A stretch of DNA of 64,000 nt from a virus: the IMG/VR virus record IMGVR_UViG_3300027749_000039, positions 126,603-190,602 of that record. The stretch is one strand, 5' to 3'. The first letter of the stretch is position 1. The number at the start of each line of letters is the position of its first letter. Shown here in pieces: positions 17,912-28,744 of the stretch. The notes beneath the pieces are model-generated. The model did not search any database. It saw only the letters and a program-made list of their open reading frames with translations, and was not told the origin of the DNA. The position numbers and the translations under genes were made by a program.

Positions 17912-17994
17912 GCGAGTATAGTATAACGGAGGCGAAAGCCGTATTATGCTGGTCTTCCAAACCGGATATGAGAGTTCGATTCTCTCTACTCGCT
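17912..17994 (+). tRNA. tRNA-Gly(TCC) with an extra hairpin inserted in the D loop
   Basis: CTGGT-CTTCCAA-ACCGG; D loop contains GGC-GAAA-GCC. Confidence 0.82.
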
Positions 17995-18001
17995 CTAAAA
18001 T

Positions 18002-18075
18002 GGGTTGTATATTTTAATGATAGAATGCTGCGGGATTATAAAGCGGCGGTGTGAGACCAATTCTCATTATAACCC
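18002..18075 (+). pseudogene. tRNA-like unit with His-type G-1:C73 acceptor and an 11-nt anticodon loop
   Basis: GGTTGTA/TATAACC, GCTGC-GGGATTATAAA-GCGGC, T loop ACCAATT. Confidence 0.45.
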
Positions 18076-18117
18076 CAAATGAAGGAAATTCTTCATTATA
18101 AAAATAAAAATTAAAGT

Positions 18118-18417
18118 ATGTCGGATCGAAGATATTATGTCTTTATGAAAAGCGGTAGAAAGTTCTGCGTAGAAGAATATGGTAAGACATATACTGATTG
18201 GGGTAATTATAACCCAGCTACGAAGAAGATTGAAAAGGTTGCATCTAAATCAAGTGAGATTATTGATGAACATAACACTAAAATAACGAAAGAAAACGGA
18301 TATAAGAATATCTGTATGTTAGAAACTGGTACATCACCAATGGCTTATATTGAAGCTATTGATACAAGTGGTGTAGAAAGATTTGAAGGTGTAGATTTTG
18401 TTACATACGAAGATTAA
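18118..18417 (+). CDS. Hypothetical protein
   Basis: 99 aa ORF within tRNA cluster 3. Confidence 0.65.
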   Translation: MSDRRYYVFMKSGRKFCVEEYGKTYTDWGNYNPATKKIEKVASKSSEIIDEHNTKITKENGYKNICMLETGTSPMAYIEAIDTSGVERFEGVDFVTYED

Positions 18418-18663
18418 TATGGAATTAAATATTCTAATAGAAAAGATTAAATCTAAAATTGATTTAACAGAAGAGGAAGAAATATATTATTTAGTTAATG
18501 GCTTAAAAATGAGCGAAAAAGAAGCTAAAAGAATTGTATACCGACCTAAACCTGTAATAGGAAAATTAATAGATTAATTAGAAATATATTTGTAAAAAGA
18601 TATATTTCTACTACATGCCGGTTCAAGGAACGCACACCCTGGCGAGGGTGCCTACCGGCTCCA

Positions 18664-18736
18664 GGGGGATTAGCTCATTTGGTAGAGCATTTGTATGGCA
18701 TACAAAAGGCGACCGGTTCGATTCCGGTATCCTCCA
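18664..18736 (+). tRNA. tRNA-Ala(GGC)
   Basis: TTTGT-ATGGCAT-ACAAA; G3:U70. Confidence 0.9.
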
Positions 18737-18858
18737 CTAAAAAATATAAAACAAATAAATAGAATGAAAACTAAAAACATGGGCGGAAAGACGCTGGACG
18801 CATTAATGTCGTAGAAGAGTATAAAACTTTCTGCGACGGTAAACAAATAAACTTCAAA

Positions 18859-19638
18859 ATGGACGATAACGTCCGCTCCTATGACGAAACAACTCTGTTT
18901 TGTCCTGCAGGAATGTCCCAATACAAATCCTTATTTAAGGATATTAACCACAAGGGAACAATAAGTAATATACAATCTTGCCTTCGTTTAAACGATATGG
19001 AAGAAATAGGTGATGGGAGCCACCTATTGTATTTTAACATGATTGGATTATTCTCGTTTAGAGAAATGACTATACAAGAAGCTATTGACTTTTGGATGGA
19101 ATTTCTCTATAAAATCAATTGTATTCCTGATTACATTACTATTCATCCTGATAAACCTGAATGGCGAGATTTCTATTCTAATTATAATGTTGAAATACGT
19201 TATGATGAAGGGTGTATATGGAGTGACGGAGGTATCGGTGGCTACTGCACTGAATTTTACAAGGATGATATTGAAATAGGTAATATAGTTAATCCGTTAG
19301 GTACTTGTATTGACGCAGGGTGGGGTTTGGAACGTATAGAAATGGTTTTATATAATGAGAGAAAAACAAAAGAAGAAACCTTAATTAATACAATTATGAA
19401 AATGATTGAAAGCGGATTTACACCTACTTACAATAAACAAGGTTCTCTTTTGCGAAAACTTTTAAGAATTTGTTATTTAGAAAAAATAGAAGTTCCGCAT
19501 CAATTTTACCAAGATGAAATTTTGAGACAACAAAAAATTATAGAAAAATATAATAGAATGAAAGAGAAACCTAAGTTTAAAAATATGTCTAAGGAGTTTT
19601 GGTTTAATACTCTTGGTATTGATATAGATTTAATGTGA
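18859..19638 (+). CDS. alaS: Minimal alanyl-tRNA synthetase (catalytic domain only); true start may lie up to ~28 codons upstream
   Basis: DETTLFCPAGMSQYK, QSCLRLND.EEIGDGSHL.YFNMIGLFSF, IEIGNIV, IDAGWGLERI; no editing or C-Ala domain. Confidence 0.85.
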   Translation: MDDNVRSYDETTLFCPAGMSQYKSLFKDINHKGTISNIQSCLRLNDMEEIGDGSHLLYFNMIGLFSFREMTIQEAIDFWMEFLYKINCIPDYITIHPDKPEWRDFYSNYNVEIRYDEGCIWSDGGIGGYCTEFYKDDIEIGNIVNPLGTCIDAGWGLERIEMVLYNERKTKEETLINTIMKMIESGFTPTYNKQGSLLRKLLRICYLEKIEVPHQFYQDEILRQQKIIEKYNRMKEKPKFKNMSKEFWFNTLGIDIDLM

Positions 19639-19720
19639 TTTAACTGACTTAGATTTATTATTAGATAGTTCAAACTTACTTCTTTTCTCTTATATAAAAA
19701 AGAAAAGAAAAGAATAAATT

Positions 19721-20449
19721 ATGAAAGAAAAAGAGTTATACAAAACCATTGATATAATTGATGATTCTCGTTTGGAAATAATAATTGAAGTTAAAAATGG
19801 TATAGAAGGTATGGTGATACATCCTGATTTGGCTATACATAAGTGTATAGAAATGATATCTAAATATGCCATAATCAAAGTTTTGTCCGGAAAAAATGGA
19901 ATAAAACTTATAGATGGTGAGGAAAATAGATATCCTGATATACCAATAATTGTGGATTTATTTAATAATAAAATTGCTATTGATGTTAAGTCAAGCAATT
20001 CCACTAGTGGTAAAGGATTATCAGGTAATGATGCTTTTTCGTTTATTAATTTCGAAACTTCTAGATATAATATATTTGGAGAAGAATTTATTATAGGTGT
20101 TGTTTATGAAGTTATAAATGGTAGATTATATCCACAAGATGTGATTTTTGATAAATTACATTTTTTAGTGGCTAAAAGGAAAAAAGATGGATTTATGTCT
20201 CATGGTGGTGATAAATTTAATTCTAGGATGTTATCTATTAATAGGTATAATAATGGTGATTATGATTATTTAAGTAGAGAAGAATTATTAGAAGGATGTA
20301 AAAAAACTTACAAATTCTTATTAGAAAATCCTAAATTTCGTAATTTAGTTAATGATGTTAAGATTAAAAAACCAAAGAAAAATAGTAATATATATGATCC
20401 AGTTGGTGATTATACGAAATTGCTATTAGAAAAATTAGAAATGTTATAA
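19721..20449 (+). CDS. PD-(D/E)XK nuclease, restriction-endonuclease-like
   Basis: YPD....IAIDVKS motif. Confidence 0.5.
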   Translation: MKEKELYKTIDIIDDSRLEIIIEVKNGIEGMVIHPDLAIHKCIEMISKYAIIKVLSGKNGIKLIDGEENRYPDIPIIVDLFNNKIAIDVKSSNSTSGKGLSGNDAFSFINFETSRYNIFGEEFIIGVVYEVINGRLYPQDVIFDKLHFLVAKRKKDGFMSHGGDKFNSRMLSINRYNNGDYDYLSREELLEGCKKTYKFLLENPKFRNLVNDVKIKKPKKNSNIYDPVGDYTKLLLEKLEML

Positions 20450-20517
20450 TTTAAATTAGAAACGGAATAGTTATCCGTTTCTTTTTTTTTTATATATAAT
20501 AAAAAATATATATTTTA

Positions 20518-20958
20518 ATGAAATTTGTGAAAACATTTGAAACCTTTAATTATACTCCAAATAATTATGAATATGATTATACCGAAGCTAATGAAGATGA
20601 TATAGAAATTGCGGAACGTGAAGGATATTTAAAATCAATGAGTAATGATTTATTTAAAAGATTAGTAAATGTAGTTTCTTCTAATTCTGGTGATACTGAA
20701 ACTAATAATTATAAATTGGAACATGACGGGTATTATTCATATTTTAATTATAATTTTAGAAAAGATGATATAACTGGTCAAGGTAAAATAAATGATTGGT
20801 ATTTTTCAATCTATCTTATAATGGATGATTCATTTATTTTATCTTATAAAGACGAAGAAACCGATGAAATTAAATGTTTTCACTGCTCTAATTATTTAAG
20901 CTTAATTAAGTGTATGAAGGATAAACAAGATGAAACAAGAGGTATTTATATTAAATAA
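20518..20958 (+). CDS. Protein starting MKFVKTFETF (capsid-targeting-like)
   Basis: Follows a terminator and a TATATAAT motif. Confidence 0.6.
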   Translation: MKFVKTFETFNYTPNNYEYDYTEANEDDIEIAEREGYLKSMSNDLFKRLVNVVSSNSGDTETNNYKLEHDGYYSYFNYNFRKDDITGQGKINDWYFSIYLIMDDSFILSYKDEETDEIKCFHCSNYLSLIKCMKDKQDETRGIYIK

Positions 20959-20987
20959 TTAATATATAATAAAAAATATAATATATT

Positions 20988-21371
20988 ATGAAAAATATAA
21001 AAAACTTTGGTGATTTTGTAAATGAATCTTATTCTATTTTAGAAGGAAAAGACCATAAATTTGCGGATGAAGCATTTAGTAGAAAAATTACTGATAAATT
21101 TTTATCTGATTCTTATGATGTAAGTGATGAATTTTATAATAAAATTATAACATTAGCACATGCTTATTTTAAGAAAAATAGCGATGGAGATGTTGATAAA
21201 TTTATATCTTCGGAAAAAGATAAATTAGATAAATTAATAGCAGGTGAAAAAAAGAAAGGTGAAAAACAAAAAAATAAAGAATTAAAATCATCTAAAAAGA
21301 AGGATTATGAAAATGAAGAAATAACTGATGATGATATGAAAGATTTAGAAGATGACGAAGAAGAAGATTAA
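20988..21371 (+). CDS. Protein starting MKNIKNFGDFVNES (capsid-targeting-like), charged tail
   Basis: Follows a TAATATATA motif. Confidence 0.6.
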   Translation: MKNIKNFGDFVNESYSILEGKDHKFADEAFSRKITDKFLSDSYDVSDEFYNKIITLAHAYFKKNSDGDVDKFISSEKDKLDKLIAGEKKKGEKQKNKELKSSKKKDYENEEITDDDMKDLEDDEEED

Positions 21372-21592
21372 TAAAAAGCGGATAAAATTATCCGCTTTTT
21401 TTATTAAACTTTTTATTTTTTATTCATAAATAACTTATGACTAAAACAATAAGATTAGATTACGATGATAATCCAAATGATGTAGCTGACAAATTTGCTT
21501 ATATATTAGAAAAATTTGGCATCTCGGTTGAATATATTGATAATGATGGTTATCAAGATTATGTAGAATTAGAAATAAAAAAAATATAAAAT

Positions 21593-22814
21593 ATGGGCTG
21601 GAAATCAACAATAGCGGTATCAAGACAACACGCACTTCACTTAATTTATGAACGAGCGGTTAGAGCTTCTAATCAAGAATTAGAAGAATTATTAGAATCA
21701 GTAGGGTATGGTGACGATACTAGTTTATCTTTATACGGTCATAATTTTACCGTTTTGGATTCAAATGATGAAGTAGAAGAGTATAATAAATCGGATTACG
21801 AAGAAGAAGATGAAGAAGATTGTTAAGTTAATTAATTTACACCGTAGGTTAATTAACATTTATAAGTATGATAAATCAGTTGCCATACTTAATACCATAA
21901 TTAGATTAGAAGATAAATTATCTTTACCTTTATTAATAATTTTAGTTTTATTAAATGGAACCGAAAATCGTTATTGGTTAATAGATATGCAGAAAAACAT
22001 AAGTGTGAGCAACCTGAAAGATTCTAAAAAGAATATAAAATTATTCACTTATGACATAGTGGCTGACCCAGGATGAAAGTTAAAGATTTAATAGCTATGC
22101 TTCAAAAACTTAATCCAGAAGCGGAAATTATACTTGAGCCAACTGATGGTATGAAACTAAAACAACAATTTAATTATTATGATGAGGGTTGGAAAGAAGA
22201 AGATATAACAGAAAATGGTGATATAATCTAAACTTTAAAAAAAATATTACTATATAAATTATGAATTTATATGAAGCACAAAAGTTTTTTTGGAATGAAT
22301 TGAAAGATGTTATTAAAAATAATAATATGGAATCTATATATGTAAATGTGTATATAGGAACAGCAATACAAGATTGTTATGATTATGTATGGGAAAAAAG
22401 AACAGAGACAATAAGATTGTCCGACGGACCATTTTTAGACGGCACTTTTGATGGTGCAAAAGTTTTTATTGATGCGAATAAAAAATATAGCGATCAAAAA
22501 TTATATGATAAAGAAGGTAATATAATTCATGATTTCAGTATAAATTTTGGTCATTTATGTTTAATATGAGATGGCAAGAAATAGAAAATGATTTTGATAG
22601 GTTTGATTTAGATAGATCTTTCATTAGCAAAAATCTTTTATCAAGAGAAAAAGTAAGAATAGTCAAATATCCACATTTGGATATTCCAATAGTATATTAC
22701 ATAAAGATGTATAAAATATTTTCTTTTAAAAGTGATTTTAAACCAAAATATCCTATATTAAGTAGATTTTTTACACTACTTGGTATTAGAGATATAAATT
22801 ATAATGAAAAATGA
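21593..22814 (+). CDS. Run of small hypothetical proteins (21593-21826, 21810-22076, 22261-22569, 22557-22814)
   Basis: Track ORFs with coupled stops and starts. Confidence 0.5.
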
Positions 22815-22858
22815 ATATAGAATTTTTTGAGAAAAAATTTAATATAAAATTATAGTTA

Positions 22859-22932
22859 GCAAGATTCGCCTAGTTGGTATGGCATCACACTTCCAATGTG
22901 AAATAGGGCCGGTTCGAGACCGGCATCTTGCT
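22859..22932 (+). tRNA. tRNA-Gly(TCC), isolated copy
   Basis: TCACA-CTTCCAA-TGTGA; U73. Confidence 0.9.
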
Positions 22933-23006
22933 CAACACATATAATACGAAAATCTATTTGTTAATTCAAATAGATTTTCGTATTTTTGCTTATTAAAAGA
23001 AATTCT

Positions 23007-24080
23007 ATGAAATTTAACACATTTCCCGAAAATATAAATCCTTTCCAGAAAAAAGGTATAGTAAAGTTTGGTATCGATCCAACTGGCTCTGAGATGCATT
23101 TAGGACACCTCTTACCTTTGAGAATTGTGAAAAAATTCAAAGCCGAAGGTTTCCCTATACATATTATACTAGGCACATTTACAGCTCAAATTGGAGACGC
23201 TACTGGTAGAGATGCTACCCGTCCAATCTTAACAGAGCTAGAAACTATTGAAAATGGTGAAAAATTACTTCAACAAGTAAAAAGAATACTTGGTGATGAT
23301 ATAATAATTCACAAAAATACAACTTGGCATAATGCAATGCAACTACCAGAGTTTATGAAGGTTATATCTAATTTTTCAGTTCAAAAGCTATTAAATAGAG
23401 ATAATTTTGCTAAACGTATGGAAGCTCATGTGCCTATCGCTATGCACGAGTTGATGGGTCCAATACTACAAGGTATAGATTCATTTCAGTTAAATACTAC
23501 CGTAGAAGTTGGTGGTTCTGATCAATTATTTAATTTTGTAATTACAAGAGAAGTACAAGAATTATTGGGACAAACACCAGAAGTTTGTGTGCTATCTCCT
23601 GTTATTAACGGATTAGATGGACGTAAAATGTCTAAATCATTTGGTAATTGTATTTTTATTAATGATACCCCAGAAGATGTATTTGGTAAAGTTATGTCTA
23701 TTTCAGATGAAACTATGAGAGAGTGGCTTCCTATATTTTTTGACGAAATAGATGCTACAAAACATCCAATGGTTCAAAAGAAAGAATTAGCATTTCGAAT
23801 AACACAGGAAATATGGAGTTTAGAAGCGGCGGAAACGGGTAAAGCACACTTCCAATCTGTTATACAAAGTAGGGAACTACCTGAAAATATGCCTGAATTT
23901 GAAATAGGTAATTTAACTGAAATAGTTAGTAAAATTATTAATGGTTCTAAAACAGAAGCAAGAAGATTATTAACTTCAAATGCTGTTAAAATTAATGGTG
24001 AAAAAGTAGCAGAAGGGTTTGAAGTAAAGTCTGGTGATATAGTTAAAGTAGGTAAAAGAAATTTCGCAAAAATTATATGA
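23007..24080 (+). CDS. tyrS: Tyrosyl-tRNA synthetase
   Basis: GIDPTGSEMHLGH, EVGGSDQLFN, GRKMSKS, C-terminal S4 domain (VKVGKR). Confidence 0.95.
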   Translation: MKFNTFPENINPFQKKGIVKFGIDPTGSEMHLGHLLPLRIVKKFKAEGFPIHIILGTFTAQIGDATGRDATRPILTELETIENGEKLLQQVKRILGDDIIIHKNTTWHNAMQLPEFMKVISNFSVQKLLNRDNFAKRMEAHVPIAMHELMGPILQGIDSFQLNTTVEVGGSDQLFNFVITREVQELLGQTPEVCVLSPVINGLDGRKMSKSFGNCIFINDTPEDVFGKVMSISDETMREWLPIFFDEIDATKHPMVQKKELAFRITQEIWSLEAAETGKAHFQSVIQSRELPENMPEFEIGNLTEIVSKIINGSKTEARRLLTSNAVKINGEKVAEGFEVKSGDIVKVGKRNFAKII

Positions 24081-26991
24081 TGTTAATAAATATAGGAATT
24101 GAAAAAATTGGCACTTTTGAAGTAAAATACTCTTTATACCAAAAAAATTTTGAAGGACATAAACTTTATGACGTTATTGTAGACGATATTTTAGTTGGTG
24201 ATATAAGTGTTAAAGATGATTTAAATAATTGTTTTAATACCTATAAATCTTCTTTTTGTCGCACATTGCAATATGCAATACAAAAGAAGGAAAATATATA
24301 TTTAAATATAACAGGTGGATTAAATGGATATTATGAATAAGAAAATATGAATTTAACAGACTTAATTAAGCAACGAAAAAAGAAGGAAACTCTAAAAGAT
24401 AAATTAGGGCATTGGTGGAGTTATACCAAAACATATAAGATAGAAATACCTTATTATGAGTTTAAGAAAGGTATTTTTAATGTGATTAAATGGGCTAAAG
24501 TTATTTGGAAAGATACTGATTATGGTTATCACGATATAATGAAAATATGGCAATTTAAGCTTGATAAAATAGCTGATAATTTTGATAAAAAATACCAAAA
24601 AGCTAATAAAAATGGTAATTGCTATTATAATGATTTACCAGAACAAGTTAAATATATGCGTATAGCAAGCCGTTTAATTGATAGATTATATGGAGAAGGT
24701 GAATTTTATGACAATACATATGAAGAAGAGTGGCGTAAATATCATAAGAAAGAATATGTATGGAAACCAAGTGAAAAAGATTTAGAAGAAGTTAGAAAAA
24801 TAGCTATTGCTATAAATCGTGAGCGAAGGATTGATTCTATATTAGGAGATACTGATATAGAAGAAATAGATTTAGACGATGATGTAGAATTAGATTTTCT
24901 TGATATAGAGGCAAATAAACCTTATCATTTAGAGGCAAAAATTATTAATGAAAATTTTGACGAGTATTTTATTAAAAATAAATTATCTTTGAAAAAAGCA
25001 ATTAAAAAAACTGGCTCAACTGATAAAGAATTATTAGCACAAGCTATTAGCGAAATGAAACATAAAAAGGCTAAAAAGTTATTTTTTAAAATAATAAAAG
25101 ACAAGTTAGAGACTTGGATTGACTAATATGGCACGAACATCTAAAAAAATTGCCTCAAAGGCATCAAAATTACTAAAAGAATCTACTAGTAAAATAATAA
25201 AGGCTGTTGCCGCATCAGCTTTAAGACAAAGAAAAAAAGGTAAATAATGAAAGCAGTAAAATTAATAAAATTACTACAAGAACAAATAGATAAACACGGT
25301 GAAGATATTGAAGTTTTCATCGAAGCACCAGGTTTTAATAGTGAAGAAACTTTTTCGACAGAAGATTATATCAATGACGAGATTTCCATCGATGAAGATT
25401 TAGATACTTATCCAAAACATCTAATCATGGAAAAACATGGTGATAATAGAGGCATTATTTATGGTGTAGAAATAATTGGTAGTTCTTCTGTTAATTTTAG
25501 CGGATAAAAATAGATAGATGAAAATTAGAAAAAATTATATACTTTTTATGAATCCTATGCTAAAAACTGCTTATTATGGTGGGTATAAATTTAGTAAAAG
25601 GATTTCAAAAGCAACATTAGGGCATATTTATGATTGCTCTTTTAGTGAATTAAAACATAATATTAAAATCCTTGAAAATAGAGGATATACAATATCAAAA
25701 AGAAATTATTAAATATGAGTATAAATGTAAATATAGATATAGATGATATTTTATATTCTATGGGTAGGCGTGATATGGAAAGATTGCTATCCGAATTATT
25801 AGAAGATATGGATTCCTCTTCCATAAGAGCAGCAATAGACCGTATGAAAGATGAGAATAAAAAACTTATTTGTGTTGGTTTAGTTAATACAAAAAATACA
25901 ACTTTTTTGGAGGAAGATTTTAATGATAGTTTAGCAAAATTATCGGCAAATTACATCTCTCTTAAAAAAGAGGATCAAGAAATAATTGAAGCAATAGCAG
26001 AAAAATACTAAATGACAACATTAAAAGAAATAAAAATACATATGATTAATTATCTATCCGAATTTGGATTAGATGATGATGACTATTATGATGAAGATGG
26101 ACATTGTGGTGGACAGCTTTTAGTAGAAATAAAAAGTTTTTGGAAACATTTTTCCACTGATACAGATAAAGATTTTATCTATGTTGTTAGTGGTAAGTAT
26201 ATGAGTGATGATATAGATTTAGATGGTGCTCGTGATTATTTTTTTAGTAGTTCAGGAGTTATTCCTATGTTATTTGATTATCTTACTAATACACTCAAAT
26301 ACTCTTTAGAGGAATATAGAAGTTGTATATGGAATAGTGTTGGATTAACAGATGACATATGGTCAATGTATGATGAACTTGAAGCTAAAGATGAACCAAA
26401 TGTAGAAGATAATACTACTATTAACACTGAAAGTTTTTCTATACTTAAATATCCTAAACATATGAAAGCAGAATTAGACGCTAATCCTCTGTTAAAATTT
26501 GTGGGGTTATCTAAAGTAGATGGTGAAAGTCCTATTTATTCAATTAATATACCACAAGGTTATACAATTGTTCCAGAATTTAAAGAAGCATTAAAATGAT
26601 AGTAAAAAGTAAAATAGAAAAAAAATATACCAATCCTGATTGGAGTCATTTTCCAGAATATAGAATAGATTTTATTTATTCTTCAAATACATATTCTGGA
26701 TATTTAGAAGGTATGCCGTCTATTGAAAATAGACACAATGAAAGGGTCACAGATAGGATGATTAAACAAGCCAAATTATTATATCCACACTTAGAACCTT
26801 TTGTTTATACAGGTAATTTAGATATAACTAAAGTTTATCCATATAGATGTAATATAGCATGGATTAATAATCTGGAAAATCATATGTTAGTTATATGGTT
26901 TGATGAAGGTAAAACGGATATTATAGCAAGTTTAGAAACTATAATTGATGATATAAATTTTGATAAAAATTCCGAAGATTTTGGATTTTAA
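24077..26991 (+). CDS. Run of hypothetical proteins (24077-24340, 24347-25126, 25247-25507, 25518-25712, 25715-26011, 26012-26599, 26596-26991)
   Basis: Tightly packed track ORFs; 24347 carries an internal RERRIDSILG motif. Confidence 0.55.
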
Positions 26992-27000
26992 AAATATAAA

Positions 27001-27480
27001 ATGATAGTAAGAGTATTAAGTAAAGGACATTTTGATACGCTTCTTCCTAGAATGCGTATAGACAATTCCAATGTTGAAGAACATGTGGATAAAGCTTTTA
27101 TTTCTATTACTGATGGTGATAGAGAAGATGCTCATTACTTTGATAAGGATTATTCAAATGTTCTTAACTTAGAATTTGATGATGCTACTGACGAAGAAAA
27201 TGAACGTAGACGAAAATTTGGACAAATAGAATATATTCTATTCACAAAAGAACAAGGTGAAAAAATACTCGAATTTATTGAACAAAATAAACATGTTGAA
27301 ACTTTTTATGTTCATTGTTTAGCAGGCGTTTCTAGAAGCGGAGCTGTAGGTCTCTTTATAAATGATCTACATGGTGAAGAATCTTATTTTGAATTTGCTA
27401 ATAGCAATCCAATAATAAAGCCAAATTATTTTATTTTGGCTATGTTGAGAAGATTACAAAATGGTTTAATAGAAGAATAA
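27001..27480 (+). CDS. Cys-dependent protein tyrosine/dual-specificity phosphatase-like
   Basis: VHCLAGVSRSGAV (CX5R) loop; LEFDD acid loop. Confidence 0.85.
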   Translation: MIVRVLSKGHFDTLLPRMRIDNSNVEEHVDKAFISITDGDREDAHYFDKDYSNVLNLEFDDATDEENERRRKFGQIEYILFTKEQGEKILEFIEQNKHVETFYVHCLAGVSRSGAVGLFINDLHGEESYFEFANSNPIIKPNYFILAMLRRLQNGLIEE

Positions 27481-27507
27481 ATTAAAATTATCTATAATAT
27501 ATAGATA

Positions 27508-27693
27508 ATGGAAAATATATTTAACTTTGAAGAATTTTTAACAGAAGCTTATAATAAGCCAAGAGGTAAGATGAAATCTCGCTGGTCTGTTAAGTATAAA
27601 AAATCTATTAACTGCTCGAATCCCAAAGGTTTTTCTCAAAAGAATTATTGTAAGAGGAAAAAAAGAGGTGGGAAATATAAAACTAAAAGTTAA
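27508..27693 (+). CDS. Small basic protein MENIFNFEEFLTEA...WSVKYKKSINCSNPKGFSQK
   Basis: Capsid-targeting-like N-terminus; late motif upstream. Confidence 0.6.
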   Translation: MENIFNFEEFLTEAYNKPRGKMKSRWSVKYKKSINCSNPKGFSQKNYCKRKKRGGKYKTKS

Positions 27694-27805
27694 TTAACTT
27701 TTAGTTTTATATTTCATATGAAAAAAATAATATGCTTTCTCTACTAACTTTTTTTGTTTTTGTTAGATTATTTTCGTAATTTTGTATAAATTGAAAGATA
27801 AAAAT

Positions 27806-28744
27806 ATGAAAGATTCATTAGGTGATAGGATAAAAGAATACGAATCACAAACATGTGGAACTCGTTTAATGGGCAGACTGCCCGTGATATGCCGGCTCGA
27901 CGGAAAGAATTTTAGCCGCTTTACTAAAGGTTTAAAGCGTCCATATGATGAACGTTTATCTAATCTTATGGTTGAAACTACTAAGTATTTAGTTAAAGAA
28001 ACTAATGCTAATTGTGGCTATCATCAATCAGATGAAATTACTTTAGTATGGTATTCTGACTCATATGAATCTAAAATTTATTTTGATGGACGCTTATTCA
28101 AAATGATTTCTGATTTAGCCGCCATGGCTTCTGTATTTTTCAATAGAGAATTACCAAGCTATTTACCAGAAAAAGCACACTTGATGCCTCGTTTTGATTG
28201 TAGAGTATTTAGCATACCTACAATTCACGAAGCTGCTAACTGCTTTCTGTGGCGCGAATTAGATGCTACTAAGAACTCAATTAGTATGGCTGCACAACAC
28301 TATTATTCTCACAAAGAATTAGAAGGTAAAAATGGTTCGGAAAAACAAGAAATGCTTTTCCAAAAAGGCGTAAATTGGAATGACTACCCAGCCTCATTTA
28401 AAAGAGGAACCTATATTCAAAGGAAAAGAGTTCTAACAAAGTTTTCTACTGAAGAATTAGAGAATTTACCTGTTAAACACCAAGCTAGGCAAAATCCTGA
28501 CTTGATGATTGAGAGATGGGTAATAGATAGGATAGATTTACCGCCTTTGATGACTATACAGAATAGAGAAGAAGTAATTCTTTTTGGAGCTGAGCCAAAT
28601 GACGTGCGTGTAGTAGGTTATACTATTGAAGATATGTTAGAAGCTTTCTATGCAAAAGGTGATAAAGTTGATATGACAGAATTTAAATTCTGGGTAGATT
28701 CAGTATTACCTTTGCTAAAAACAAAAGAAAAAGAATTAATATGA
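27806..28744 (+). CDS. thg1: tRNA(His) guanylyltransferase Thg1 / Thg1-like protein
   Basis: CRLDGKNFSRFT, YHQSDEITL, FDCRVF, WRELDATKNS, GVNWNDYP..KRGT. Confidence 0.95.
   Translation: MKDSLGDRIKEYESQTCGTRLMGRLPVICRLDGKNFSRFTKGLKRPYDERLSNLMVETTKYLVKETNANCGYHQSDEITLVWYSDSYESKIYFDGRLFKMISDLAAMASVFFNRELPSYLPEKAHLMPRFDCRVFSIPTIHEAANCFLWRELDATKNSISMAAQHYYSHKELEGKNGSEKQEMLFQKGVNWNDYPASFKRGTYIQRKRVLTKFSTEELENLPVKHQARQNPDLMIERWVIDRIDLPPLMTIQNREEVILFGAEPNDVRVVGYTIEDMLEAFYAKGDKVDMTEFKFWVDSVLPLLKTKEKELI

Noticed and set aside
22804-22858. MKNEYRIF mini ORF before the isolated tRNA-Gly
   Set aside because: No Gly codons and no terminator hairpin; not an attenuator.
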